Below, in pieces: positions 28,417 to 38,584 of a stretch of 64,000 nucleotides of DNA; the stretch's first letter is position 1, and every line of letters begins with the position of its first letter. The translations under genes and the position numbers were made by a program. The stretch is from contig OY970209.1 in the NCBI GenBank assembly GCA_963713855.1, positions 1,312,001 to 1,376,000 on the forward strand, read 5' to 3'. This DNA is from an uncultured bacterium (GTDB lineage: Bacteria; Babelota; Babeliae; Babelales; Babelaceae). Under the pieces are notes generated by a model. It saw nothing but the letters and a program-made list of their open reading frames with translations, did not search any database and was not told where the DNA came from.

Positions 28417-30918
28417 ATGAAATACTCTCAATTTGCAAAAAGCTCGGTGCCTGACATTGAGGAAAGCTTAAAAACTTCAACTACAAAAGGGCTGAGCACA
28501 CAAGAAGCGCTCGAAAGACAAAAACGATACGCCACGCATACGCTAGAAACAAAATCATCGTTTTGGTTTCCACTTTTAGTAAGACGCATTGCTTCGCCAT
28601 TCATGTATCTTTTAGCCGTTGCAGCCGTTATATCATTATTATTAGGCGATCTTACCAATAGCATCATTATAGGTATCATTATTCTTATTCATGGCGTATT
28701 AGGCTTTATCCAGGAATACCGTGCCGAAAAAGCAGCGCGTCTTCTTGCGTCCTATATAATTTCGACTGCACGCGTTATACGGGACTCAAAAATTTTGGTC
28801 ATACCAAGCAAAAACGTCGTTCCCGGAGACATAATTCTTTTAGAGCCAGGTGATCGAATTGCAGCTGATATACGCCTTGCAGAAGCTTCAAATTTGAGCA
28901 TAGACGAGTCCGCCTTAACCGGGGAATCTCAACCGGTCGCTAAAAGCTTAACGGGAGACGTGATGGCTTTTTTAGGTACGTCGGTCATAAGCGGCACGGG
29001 TAAAGGTATAATTATAGCCACGGGCTCTGACACCGTCTTTGGAGAAATTAGTGCATTGACGCTCGTTACACCCCATGAAAGCAGCTTTCAGCAGTATTTG
29101 ACGGGCTTAAGCACATTTCTAATAAAGCTTATCATTGTAATGCTTTGCATAGTCTTTCTCATTAACCTCATCTTAAAAGGTGACGCTATTAACATTATGC
29201 AGCTTCTTCTCTTTTGTGTAGCGTTGGCTATTAGCGTTACGCCTGAAGCATTGCCCATCGTCACAACATTCGCCTTGACGCAGGGTGCTCTAGAGCTTGC
29301 TCGACATAAAGTTATTGTAAAACGGCTTTCATCTATTGAAGATTTAGGAAGCATTACGCTTTTGTGCACCGATAAAACAGGCACTTTAACCGAAAACCAA
29401 TTGAAGGTCATAGAAATTCTGCCCTTTAAAAACCAAGACCCGCTTCTTTTAGCTTCTATCTCTACCGATATTTCTAAAACAACGAATAGTTTTGAAATTG
29501 CAGCATATCAAGCTTTATCTGAAGAAAAGAAAAAAGAATACGCCACTTTTTCAGTCATTGAGACAATACCCTTTGATGCTGTTCACCGGTTGACGAGTAA
29601 AATGGTCCAATCGAGCATGGGAAGGTTTCTCATCGTAAAAGGCTCACTGGAAGAAGTACTTGCTCGTTGCATAAATGGTGATGAAGATGAGCTTAAAAAG
29701 CTTAAAGATTGGGACGCCGCGCATGCTTTAAAAGGAGAGCGTGTACTTGCTGTGGCTATAAAAAAACTCTCAGGTGTTGAGAGCGCAAAAGATGAGGGTG
29801 GCCTAAATCTCGTGGGACTTATCGCTTTTGAAGATCCGCTTAAAAAAACCGTGCCTTACGCACTTTCAAGAGCATCGCAGCTTGGTATTAACATTAAGAT
29901 ACTTACGGGAGATTCGGCCCAGGTTGCCGGCGCTGTCGCTTATAAGCTTGGCCTTATTACAAATCCAGAGCATGTCATGGATGGTACGACACTTGCTGCA
30001 CTAGTTTCCGAAAAAAAGCATCAAGCTATGAGGGAATACACTGTTTTTGCACGAGTGACTCCTGAACAAAAACATGAATTAGTAGAGCATTTTAAGCAGT
30101 CGGAAATTGTTGGCTTTCTCGGCGATGGTATTAATGATGCCCCGGCGCTTAAAGCTGCCGACGTCGGTATAGTGGTCAGTCAGGCTAGTGACATAGCTCG
30201 TAGCGCCGCTGACATTATACTGGTCAAAAAAAGCTTATCGATCATCATAGATGGAATTGAAATAGGTAGAACTATTTTTGCAAACACTGTTAAGTACATC
30301 AAAACAACGCTCTCTTCAAATCTTGGAAATTTTTACTCAATCGCTATTGCATCAATTGTTATGGATTTCTTACCCATGCTGCCAATTCAAATACTGCTTT
30401 TAAACCTTCTTTCTGATGCTCCAATGATCGCAATAGCTACAGATACGGTAGACCCTTCATCCCTTAAGCGACCTGTTAATTACACTCTTAAAGATATAGC
30501 ATTCCAAGCTGCGCTTTTTGGAATTATTAGCTCTCTTTTTGATTTTATTATTTTCGGGCTTTTTAAACGTTCTCCGCATGCAGAGCTTCAGACAGCCTGG
30601 TTTTTAGAAAACATTCTCTGCCAGCTCTCTTTTATTTTTCTCATTCGTACCACTTTGCCATTTTATAAAGGCGTTCGCCCATCAAAATTTCTTATACTTC
30701 TTTCACTCGTAACAGGAGTCGTAAGTATCGCACTAACCTTTACACACTTCGGGCAAACATTCTTTTTCTTTCAAAAACCAACTCAACAAATGTTATTGGC
30801 CGTAACGCTCGTCTGCATAGCCTATTTCATCGTTACTGAAATGGTAAAAGTCTGGTATTTCAGCACACAAAAAAAGTACTTACCTCTACAAAGGCCTGTG
30901 CATAAAAAATTTCACTAA
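28417..30918 (+). CDS. mgtA: P-type ATPase, magnesium-translocating (MgtA-like)
   Basis: 'TGES', 'TPEALP', 'CTDKTGTLT', 'TGD', 'GDGINDAPAL', 'SSNLGNFYS', 'PMLPIQILLLNLLSD', 'QTAWFLE'. Confidence 0.88.
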   Translation: MKYSQFAKSSVPDIEESLKTSTTKGLSTQEALERQKRYATHTLETKSSFWFPLLVRRIASPFMYLLAVAAVISLLLGDLTNSIIIGIIILIHGVLGFIQEYRAEKAARLLASYIISTARVIRDSKILVIPSKNVVPGDIILLEPGDRIAADIRLAEASNLSIDESALTGESQPVAKSLTGDVMAFLGTSVISGTGKGIIIATGSDTVFGEISALTLVTPHESSFQQYLTGLSTFLIKLIIVMLCIVFLINLILKGDAINIMQLLLFCVALAISVTPEALPIVTTFALTQGALELARHKVIVKRLSSIEDLGSITLLCTDKTGTLTENQLKVIEILPFKNQDPLLLASISTDISKTTNSFEIAAYQALSEEKKKEYATFSVIETIPFDAVHRLTSKMVQSSMGRFLIVKGSLEEVLARCINGDEDELKKLKDWDAAHALKGERVLAVAIKKLSGVESAKDEGGLNLVGLIAFEDPLKKTVPYALSRASQLGINIKILTGDSAQVAGAVAYKLGLITNPEHVMDGTTLAALVSEKKHQAMREYTVFARVTPEQKHELVEHFKQSEIVGFLGDGINDAPALKAADVGIVVSQASDIARSAADIILVKKSLSIIIDGIEIGRTIFANTVKYIKTTLSSNLGNFYSIAIASIVMDFLPMLPIQILLLNLLSDAPMIAIATDTVDPSSLKRPVNYTLKDIAFQAALFGIISSLFDFIIFGLFKRSPHAELQTAWFLENILCQLSFIFLIRTTLPFYKGVRPSKFLILLSLVTGVVSIALTFTHFGQTFFFFQKPTQQMLLAVTLVCIAYFIVTEMVKVWYFSTQKKYLPLQRPVHKKFH

Positions 30919-31008
30919 AGCGAAATTTACATCTGGTAAAATATAGACAGAAATCAATACATTTTTTATACTAGTGAGCAGTTTCTATCTCTTAGTTAAG
31001 GAGAATCA

Positions 31009-31674
31009 ATGAAAGTAGCGGTATCCTTTTTTCTTCTTCTAGTCATCTTTACGAACACAAAACCAATGGAGTAATCGGCTAACCAAAACGAGGAAAATGA
31101 TCTTATTTCTCAGCTTCCAGAAGAAGTACTTTTAGCACTTCAGTCACAAATGTCTAGTGATGACGCATTAGCGTTCAGCATGTGCAATTCAATAATACGC
31201 CGTGCTTTATTACGTGAGATATTTAGAGATAGGTTAAACATCCTCACTGAAAATGCTTTTGGAGCCGTAACTCAAGAACTCGCTGATGATGGTAATGAAA
31301 ATCCGGTCAGAGTTATGACACGAAATAATTTCGATCGTATCTTCCAAGCATTTGCTCTCGATCAAACTTCTAATGACCAAAATCTTCAATTACTCATATC
31401 CCTTTTGGGCCGCGATTTTGTTGCTCAATTGCCAATGACGACCTACAGAGTGGGAAGTATTCATTCATGGGAAGGGTTACTTAATCGGCTCATCGGTTAC
31501 ATAGGTAACAATGAACAGTCAGAACTATCTACTGCATGGGCGCTTACCATAGCACCAGCTTACAATCATAACGACTTAAACTCACAAACTATTCATGATT
31601 TGGCAGCAATTCTTGCGGGCATGCTAGTCCGTTTCCTTTTACTACCTTCACCAAGCTTATCTATAAAAAGATAG
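31009..31674 (+). pseudogene. Secreted F-box-like protein gene interrupted by an in-frame TAA at 31072-31074
   Basis: AAGGAG RBS, then MKVAVSFFLLLVIFTNTKPME*SANQNEENDLISQLPEEVLLALQSQM, in frame with track ORF 31150..31674. Confidence 0.7.
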
Positions 31675-31696
31675 CACACAAAGTACAATCGCTAGA

Positions 31697-31738
31697 GTGC
31701 ACAAGGCTTTTTTTAAAAGAGAAAGCCTTGTGCATTTT
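31697..31738 (+). terminator. Rho-independent terminator
   Basis: GTGCACAAGGCTTT / AAAGCCTTGTGCAT inverted repeat followed by a short T run. Confidence 0.7.
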
Positions 31739-31809
31739 CAAAAACACTCTTGACAATTTTTTCACGAATTTATTAATATTAATATTAGTAATTAATTGGA
31801 GATTTACCT

Positions 31810-32112
31810 ATGAAAAAATGCGGAGCAATTTTGTTTTCAATAAGCTGTCTCATCCTCGTAAACACCTATGAAGCAACGGGCAGGCGAAGTAAACACACAA
31901 GCTCAACAATTTCTTGCAGCAATGGAATTTGTACCAAAACCTCATCTAGATGTGATGAAGGTGCCTGTATGACAGAAATTTGCGTTGACGGCAAATGTAG
32001 ATCAATCGAACATACGGACTCTCAAAAAATATCCACCAACAGCAACTGCAATAACGGTATCTGCACGACTACGTTGTGCATAGGCGACAACTGCTCAATT
32101 GTAAGCCCTTAA
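31810..32112 (+). CDS. Small secreted Cys-rich repeat protein
   Basis: Signal peptide; five C-x4-C units (CSNGIC, CDEGAC, CVDGKC, CNNGIC, CIGDNC); GGAG RBS. Confidence 0.75.
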   Translation: MKKCGAILFSISCLILVNTYEATGRRSKHTSSTISCSNGICTKTSSRCDEGACMTEICVDGKCRSIEHTDSQKISTNSNCNNGICTTTLCIGDNCSIVSP

Positions 32113-32306
32113 TGAGCACTGGCATAGCCTTAACCATTGTCAGACGAGTATTATAAGCCGTCGTAAGCCATTTTTTAAATATTCATGCAAAATAGCCTTA
32201 CCAGTCGATTTAATCATCTTTTTTATCGTAAACCATTGCTTTATTGTTATTTCAGTTGTTAATTTATATAACTAGAGATTTAAAAAATAAATAAGATAGA
32301 TAAAAA

Positions 32307-32759
32307 ATGAAGAAACTATGTAGCTTAATTTTTTGTATCGGGCTTATTGTTCTCGTGTTTTGCGCCAACAGCCAGCGCATGCGGGGCAAAAAAAGTCACT
32401 TTACACATAATCAAAGACACAATCGATGGCAAACGAAAACCAGATCCCCATACGGCAGTTCGTATTCAGGCTATGATAGGCATTTTTATTCACGAGATTT
32501 TTTAGATAGTTTTCCTAAAAACCATTCCAGAAGACATTTCCGTTCTGGACGCTCATTTTCGCGAGCCAATCACGGTTTTCGAGAAAGGTGTGATTACTAT
32601 AACTTTGGAGGATTAGACTTGGGCGGCGATGCGTGGGGATGGGGCTGGTGGTCGCCGGTAGCTCCCTACGGAGCCATTGGTGTCGGAGTTGGCTATCAAA
32701 AAGGTCAAAGAGCCACGCCTTACACATGGGGTGGTGTTGGCTACGTGCCACTTTATTAG
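32307..32759 (+). CDS. Hypothetical secreted low-complexity (Arg/Ser then Gly/Trp/Tyr-rich) protein
   Basis: MKK-hydrophobic signal peptide; basic disordered middle; G/W/Y-rich tail. Confidence 0.6.
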   Translation: MKKLCSLIFCIGLIVLVFCANSQRMRGKKSHFTHNQRHNRWQTKTRSPYGSSYSGYDRHFYSRDFLDSFPKNHSRRHFRSGRSFSRANHGFRERCDYYNFGGLDLGGDAWGWGWWSPVAPYGAIGVGVGYQKGQRATPYTWGGVGYVPLY

Positions 32760-32761
32760 CT

Positions 32762-34000
32762 TTAGCGCATAAAAAAATAAACGAGTAAAAGGTTAGCAGC
32801 AACAATCGTTATTGCAGAAAAATACGCGCTTATGGTGACAACGCTACTGTTTACAAAGCGACCCATAATGAGAGGACTACTGGTAAAACGTATAAGGGGA
32901 AAGATTGCAAAAGGAAGCTGCAAGCTTAAAACAACCTGGCTAAAAAGCATAAGCGGCGATATGCAGCATTCTCCAAAGATAAGTATGCCTAAAAGTGCCG
33001 GTACAATGGTAATGACACGTCCTATAAGTCTTCGAAGCCAAGCCGGCAACGTAAAACGAGTAAATCCTTCAAGGATGATCTGACCGGCCAACGTGCCCGT
33101 TAAGGTTGAGTTCTGACCAGATATAAGAAGGGCTAGAGCAAAGACAAAACTTGCAAGCTGAGTATGTAATAGCGGCGTAAAAAGGTAATAAGCATCTTGA
33201 ATTTCAGTAACTTGATAAAGTCCGTTCTTAAAAAAAAGAGCTGCAGCAACAATTAAAATGGCCGCATTAACAAAAAATGCAAACGTAAGAGCAACAGCAA
33301 GATCAAGGGCTGAGTAGAAAATAGCTTCATTTTTTTTCTTTTCATCGACAGAGCCTACAAGCGCTGAGTGTAGGTAAAGGTTATGCGGCATAACCGTTGC
33401 TCCTAAAATGCCAATCGCCACATACAACAGTTGAGGATCTTTAAGAATCTCAAACTTTGGTACAAATCCAGCCACGACCGCTGACAAAGAGGGCTGTACC
33501 AGATATATGATTATGCCAAAGCATCCAATGACTACGGCAATCAGAGCAGTAACAAGAGCCTGAACGTGACGAGCATAACGTTGGGCAAAAAAGAGAAGTA
33601 AAAGGACGTCAAAGACCGTAAGGGCTATACCCCATGGTAGCGGGATTCCAAAAAGAAGCTTCAATCCTATTGCTGAACCGATAACTTCGGCTAAATCTGT
33701 TGCAATGACTGCAATTTCAGCAAGAAGCCACAAAACTCTTGCAACAGCGGGCCGATAGTAGTCTCTGCAAGCACGGGCCAAGTCTTTGTTTGTTACGATG
33801 CCCAATTTTAATGAACAATACTGCAAAAGCAGCGCAATAAAATTTGAGATCAAAATGACCGAAAGTAGCACGTAGCCATAACGTGAACCACCAGCAAGTC
33901 CCGTTACCCAATTTCCTGGATCCATATAACCGACTGCAACAAGATAGCCAGGCCCTGCAAATGATAAAAAACGTTTAAAATAGCTTATGTAAGTCATCAA
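32762..34000 (-). CDS. mntH: Nramp family divalent metal (Mn2+) transporter
   Basis: 'GPGYLVAVGYMDPGNW', 'DLAEVIGSAI', 'GATVMPHNLYLHS', 'SGQNSTLTGTLAGQ', 'SQVVLSLQLPF'. Confidence 0.95.
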   Translation of the reverse strand: MMTYISYFKRFLSFAGPGYLVAVGYMDPGNWVTGLAGGSRYGYVLLSVILISNFIALLLQYCSLKLGIVTNKDLARACRDYYRPAVARVLWLLAEIAVIATDLAEVIGSAIGLKLLFGIPLPWGIALTVFDVLLLLFFAQRYARHVQALVTALIAVVIGCFGIIIYLVQPSLSAVVAGFVPKFEILKDPQLLYVAIGILGATVMPHNLYLHSALVGSVDEKKKNEAIFYSALDLAVALTFAFFVNAAILIVAAALFFKNGLYQVTEIQDAYYLFTPLLHTQLASFVFALALLISGQNSTLTGTLAGQIILEGFTRFTLPAWLRRLIGRVITIVPALLGILIFGECCISPLMLFSQVVLSLQLPFAIFPLIRFTSSPLIMGRFVNSSVVTISAYFSAITIVAANLLLVYFFMR

Positions 34001-34155
34001 GAGCTGAAGCCTTTATGAATGAGTTATTTGTATCAAAACATATCCAAAGCCGACTTTAACTAAAAGCAGGTCAGATGTAGCCAATGTATTTGAGTGTACC
34101 GAAGTACGACAAAAAAGTCCCTATAGAAGCTCAAATAAGCTGCAAATAGTCGGCT

Positions 34156-35544
34156 TTATTTTTTAAATGCTATGAGTTTGCTTGAGCAAAGTTCTCGAAA
34201 ACCCTGCCTTCCATGCTCACGCCCTAGACCAGAATTTTTATAACCACCAAATGGGTCTTGAGCTTCCATATAATAAGCATTATTGACGCCGATGTTTCCT
34301 GTCTCGAGCCTACTACTTATACTAAAAGCGCGTTCTCTGCTTTGCGTGTATATATAGCCTCCTAAGCCGTACTGCGTATCATTTGCTAATGCAACAGCCT
34401 CATCATCAGTATCGAAAGGCACAACAGGCAATACAGGCCCAAACACCTCTTCCTTCCATACGCGCATGTCAAACGTAATATGTGTAAGGATAGTCGGCTC
34501 ATAGTAAGCACCCAATAGCCCTGAAGGCCGTTTTCCACCTAACACTATTTTTGCACCATGTTCAACGGCATCAGCAACTTGTTGTTCAATAGTAGCTAAC
34601 TGACGTTCAGCAACCAGCGGCCCCAAATCTGTCTTTGGGTCTTGAGGATCACCCATTTTTTTAGTTGCAATGTATTTTTTAAGCCTTTCAATAACCTCAT
34701 CAAAAAGCTTACGGTGCACGATAAGACGCTTAAGCCCGTCGCATGTTTGGCCACAATTGGCATAACGGTTAAAGTAAATTGACTCAATCGCGGTATCTAA
34801 ATCAGCATCATCAAATACAATGCCAGGCGCAGAGCCACCAAGCTCGAGGATGGCCGGTATAAATTTTTTTGCAGCAATCTGATAAAGGTGCTTTCCGACG
34901 CCGGTACTTCCGGTAAAATGCATAAGATCTATGTGACTGTTCATAAGATATTCACCAACATCAGATCCGTCACCGTAGACTTCGTTAAAAACGCCTTCAG
35001 GTAGGTTTACAGATAGTACTATTTCCTCAAGAAGCTTTCCGGTAAGCGGACACTCCTCAGAGTGCTTAAAGACCACAGTATTACCCACAATTAGATGCTG
35101 CATTACTTGCCAAATGAAGTTGCAAAAGGGGAAATTCCACGGAATACTTATCCCTGCAACACCTTTCGGTTCAAAAAAAAGGTAATGAATTTCTTTCTCA
35201 TTTTCAAAAGCAATCTCTGGAGAAAGCCACTTTTCAGCGTTGTCTAAATAACCTCTCAAGTAATGTAACCCAAAGCCAATATCAACTTCGTCGCTCACCG
35301 TAATAGGCATGCCCATTTCCTTAGATGCCAGAAGCCGTATATCGTTTTTTCTTTTAAAAAACGCCTTATACACTTCTTCTAAAAGAGCGAGCCTTTCTTT
35401 AAGAGTTACTTTTGACCATATTTTAAACGCCTTGTGCGCCTTAGAAACAATAGCGTCTATCTGAGTATGTGGAGTAATAGGTATTTGGCCGATAACTTCG
35501 TAATTTCTAGCAGGATTTACAGAGATTATGTTCTGTAACTTCAT
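34156..35544 (-). CDS. NAD(P)-dependent aldehyde dehydrogenase
   Basis: 'PWNFP', 'FTGSTGVG', 'LELGG', 'GQTC', 'EEVFGPV', 'PFGGYKNSGLGRE'. Confidence 0.95.
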   Translation of the reverse strand: MKLQNIISVNPARNYEVIGQIPITPHTQIDAIVSKAHKAFKIWSKVTLKERLALLEEVYKAFFKRKNDIRLLASKEMGMPITVSDEVDIGFGLHYLRGYLDNAEKWLSPEIAFENEKEIHYLFFEPKGVAGISIPWNFPFCNFIWQVMQHLIVGNTVVFKHSEECPLTGKLLEEIVLSVNLPEGVFNEVYGDGSDVGEYLMNSHIDLMHFTGSTGVGKHLYQIAAKKFIPAILELGGSAPGIVFDDADLDTAIESIYFNRYANCGQTCDGLKRLIVHRKLFDEVIERLKKYIATKKMGDPQDPKTDLGPLVAERQLATIEQQVADAVEHGAKIVLGGKRPSGLLGAYYEPTILTHITFDMRVWKEEVFGPVLPVVPFDTDDEAVALANDTQYGLGGYIYTQSRERAFSISSRLETGNIGVNNAYYMEAQDPFGGYKNSGLGREHGRQGFRELCSSKLIAFKK

Positions 35545-35854
35545 AATGCTCCTAACAGTTAGCTACAAAACAATAACTGAGATAATAGAATTTTTGCAAG
35601 ATACCTTGAAATTGCTTATGTAAGAGTCTTTTAGAAGTAAGCGAAAAATCTCCCTGCTTGCTCAGCTTCTGGAGTTTTTAGCCGCGATATCAGTTAACAA
35701 AAAATTGGCGATAGTAGCAAAGATAGCTCTTTCATTTTCTCAATAAGTCAATTTCTCTGACTTTTAAGCTTTTTGCAAAGCCCATTACATTAATTTTCAG
35801 TATAATTTAATCTTTGGTCTAGAAAGAGGTTTGGCTTAATTTAGTGAAAGGAGA

Positions 35855-36775
35855 GTGATGAACATTTTTTCTATCGTGATACTTGCTGGATGCTTATCAA
35901 CGGGAATAGGCTTTTGTATGGAAAAGTCAAGAGATTTGGATTGGGTTGGTACAGAAGAGGCTGATGAAGTCGTTCAAGAAAGAGTGGGAGCTATTATTGA
36001 GCTTTACAAAAGACTTGGTCTTTTGAACCCTCAAATAATTGTTCGGGCTCTCTATGTATCTCGCGAATTACTTGAAAGGCAGACTGAACGTGGAACTCAT
36101 TCTTGGAACAATGCTTTCAATTTTGGAAATAAGATCTGGGTTGACCGCCATTATGAAGAACTTTCTTTATTGGCTCGGGATTCACTCTTAGGCCATGAAA
36201 TAGCGCACATTATTTTAAACAATCCAAATAATAATTGGCTTAACCCACATGTATGGGCCTGGTATGCTTCTTTTGCATCTCTAGTATCGGGTTCAGTTTT
36301 TTCAAACCTTGCAATAGGTAGGGTGAACGCTCCTTTAACTGTGCTTGAGTGGTTACGGCAAAAATTACATCGAGCAGAAGCTCCTCCATTTCAAAATAAG
36401 CAATTAGCACGCACACCCCAACATAAAAGAATGCATCGCTTGGGATTATTAAGCGCCGGCATCGCGGCCACGTCCTACTATTTTCTTTATTTTTTAAGCA
36501 CCAGTATGTACAGGTCGCCCTCAGGATATCGATTTGATTCGGTGCAGTTTTTAGAGGAAATGGTATGTGATTGTATAGCGGCTTTTGTGCTTCCTAATGG
36601 AGGACAAGGTGGAGTTGAACTTTATACACAATCACTTGAGCATAACGGCAATCAAAATGGCAGGGGCAGACACCCATACACTTCAACGCGTATTGCTTAT
36701 CATAAGTTAATAGCTTGGTTGCAATCTTTGATGAAACATAAGCCAAATACTGATGATGGTGAAAAGGAGAGCTAG
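35855..36775 (+). CDS. Secreted M48-like zinc metallopeptidase with internal hydrophobic segments
   Basis: Leader ending 'GFCMEK'; 'NAF', 'GHEIAH', 'EMVCD', 'HPYTSTRI'. Confidence 0.65.
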   Translation: MMNIFSIVILAGCLSTGIGFCMEKSRDLDWVGTEEADEVVQERVGAIIELYKRLGLLNPQIIVRALYVSRELLERQTERGTHSWNNAFNFGNKIWVDRHYEELSLLARDSLLGHEIAHIILNNPNNNWLNPHVWAWYASFASLVSGSVFSNLAIGRVNAPLTVLEWLRQKLHRAEAPPFQNKQLARTPQHKRMHRLGLLSAGIAATSYYFLYFLSTSMYRSPSGYRFDSVQFLEEMVCDCIAAFVLPNGGQGGVELYTQSLEHNGNQNGRGRHPYTSTRIAYHKLIAWLQSLMKHKPNTDDGEKES

Positions 36776-36904
36776 CTTGGCACGAGACCTGGAGCTTAAG
36801 CATAAAACCGACATAATTACCTTTGAACTCTCAATCAATCACTTTTGTTTGCAATGCATTTTGTTGTAGCGGTGCTAGTTTGCTTTTCTATATGAATAAG
36901 CACG

Positions 36905-37150
36905 CTATCTTGAGTAATGTGCCACCATTGTATCAAGCCCATATGCTTTGGGAAATCCGCCCCTGAGCCATAATTTAGTGCTTTCTTTAGTTTCCCATAA
37001 TGAAAAAGGAGGCAATTCCATATAGCCTACGCGGCCGGTAAGTGATTCAGATGATTGACCAATCAGTTCTCTCGAGGCGCTGCCAAGAATCAGAAAAAGA
37101 CGCTTTTTCTTAAACTTATCCGCAAGGACGCGCAATATGGGAAAAAGCTT
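36905..37150 (-). pseudogene. Internal fragment of an AAA_14/DUF4143-type ATPase
   Basis: 'LFPILRVLAD..FLILGSAS...SSESLTGRV.YMELPPFS...LWLRGGFP'; Walker A/B and the C-terminal domain are absent. Confidence 0.75.
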
Positions 37151-37231
37151 AAGTTCGATTTTACAAGGAAATATTTGTTTTCAAGATTATGGGATTAAAC
37201 CCAACCTCCGCCAGCTCTAATGCTCGCCTAG

Positions 37232-38569
37232 TTATAGCAGGCAATATTTGCTCATGTGATTATGTTCGAGCACTTTGGCTACCGCATATAAGGGGTAGGT
37301 GAACAATTTACCCGCTTGAGCATAATTTTGTGGAGCAAGCTTGATGCCGTAAGGCGAATGCGGATGGGATTCTAAAAAGAGTTTCATACTTTGCAAAGCA
37401 CTTCCTGTGCCGCTTTTTACCTCAACTGGTATAACATTTTGATCTCTTTGCACCAAATAATCAACTTCGGCACTACTTCCTCTTGCTTCTCTCTGCCAGT
37501 AATACAGATCTCGCTCTCTAAAAGGGTTTGTATAAGCAAGAAGCTCCTGTCCCACAAAAGCTTCTATAAGTTCACCTTTATTAACGAATTGAGTTAGTGG
37601 ATTAACAAGCCATTGTCCGAGATCAACTTTCAGTACTATTTGACTGAGAGCGATATCTAAGAACAGTGCTTTAAAATTCTTATCACTTGCTTGAGCACCT
37701 AAAGGGACGCCCTGGCCATTACTTTCAATAACCCTCGTTACTATACCTGCTTTGTTAAGCAAAGAAAACGCCGGTTCGAGCTCTCTCTTTTTATAATCTT
37801 CACCTACTTCCGAATATTTAAATTTCCTGCCTAACCGTTTAGGTATATAATCGAATAAGATCTCTAAATACTTAATCTGTGATTTTTTAGCATACTTATC
37901 AAAATCTTTTCTATAGGTGTTACTTATGCTTGTTAGTAAACGTGCACATCCGCCTATATCTTTTGCATCACGCCAATATTTTACGACTGCTGGCATGCCT
38001 CCAATCGCAAGGTATTCCCCAAGGAGTGATAAACCCATTTGGTGAGTTGACTCGCTCATAGGCTTTGTAAAATCGTGCTGTAGAATAGCTTTTGCAAGCA
38101 ATTCATTTTTGAGAGCGTACAAAAATTCAATAAAAGAAAGCGGATACATATAAAGCCATTCAACACGACCAACTGGCACGCCAATTTTACTAATCTGAAA
38201 ATCCATGAGAGAGCCTGCGGCAATAACGTGAAGCTCTGGCATGAGTTCGTAAAAATAACGGAGTGACTTAAAAGCTTTTTCTGATTCTTGAATCTCATCA
38301 AAAAATAACAAAGTATTACCGGGAATAATAGGCTGCCCCAGCAATATACCAAGATCCCTAATTATTCTATCAGGCCGAAGATCGTGCTCAAATACGGCCA
38401 AAAAGCGCGGATCGCTCTCAAAATTAATCTCAACAAAATTATCAAATGATTTGCCCAGCTCTACGGCCGCATACGTTTTGCCTACCTGCCGAGCGCCTCG
38501 AATCAGTAAAGGCATACGGAGCTTGCTGTCTTTCCACTCAAGAAGATACTTATCAATGGATCGTTTCAC
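37232..38569 (-). CDS. AAA_14 + DUF4143 ATP-binding protein with C-terminal restriction-endonuclease-like motif
   Basis: 'GARQVGKT' Walker A, 'LLFFDEIQ' Walker B, 'AAGS', 'GGMP', 'EVDY...PVEVKSG'. Confidence 0.9.
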   Translation of the reverse strand: MKRSIDKYLLEWKDSKLRMPLLIRGARQVGKTYAAVELGKSFDNFVEINFESDPRFLAVFEHDLRPDRIIRDLGILLGQPIIPGNTLLFFDEIQESEKAFKSLRYFYELMPELHVIAAGSLMDFQISKIGVPVGRVEWLYMYPLSFIEFLYALKNELLAKAILQHDFTKPMSESTHQMGLSLLGEYLAIGGMPAVVKYWRDAKDIGGCARLLTSISNTYRKDFDKYAKKSQIKYLEILFDYIPKRLGRKFKYSEVGEDYKKRELEPAFSLLNKAGIVTRVIESNGQGVPLGAQASDKNFKALFLDIALSQIVLKVDLGQWLVNPLTQFVNKGELIEAFVGQELLAYTNPFRERDLYYWQREARGSSAEVDYLVQRDQNVIPVEVKSGTGSALQSMKLFLESHPHSPYGIKLAPQNYAQAGKLFTYPLYAVAKVLEHNHMSKYCLL

Positions 38570-38584
38570 CTTTTTCCCTCAACA

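Noticed and set aside
31072..31074. Stop-codon reassignment or programmed readthrough
   Set aside because: TAA terminates many core genes in the window (tsf, pyrH, frr, rpmH), so an isolated nonsense change or sequence error is more parsimonious.
34000..34156. M-box or yybP-ykoY riboswitch upstream of mntH
   Set aside because: There is only a short resemblance (GAGCTTCTATAGGG), and I could not identify the conserved cores by eye.
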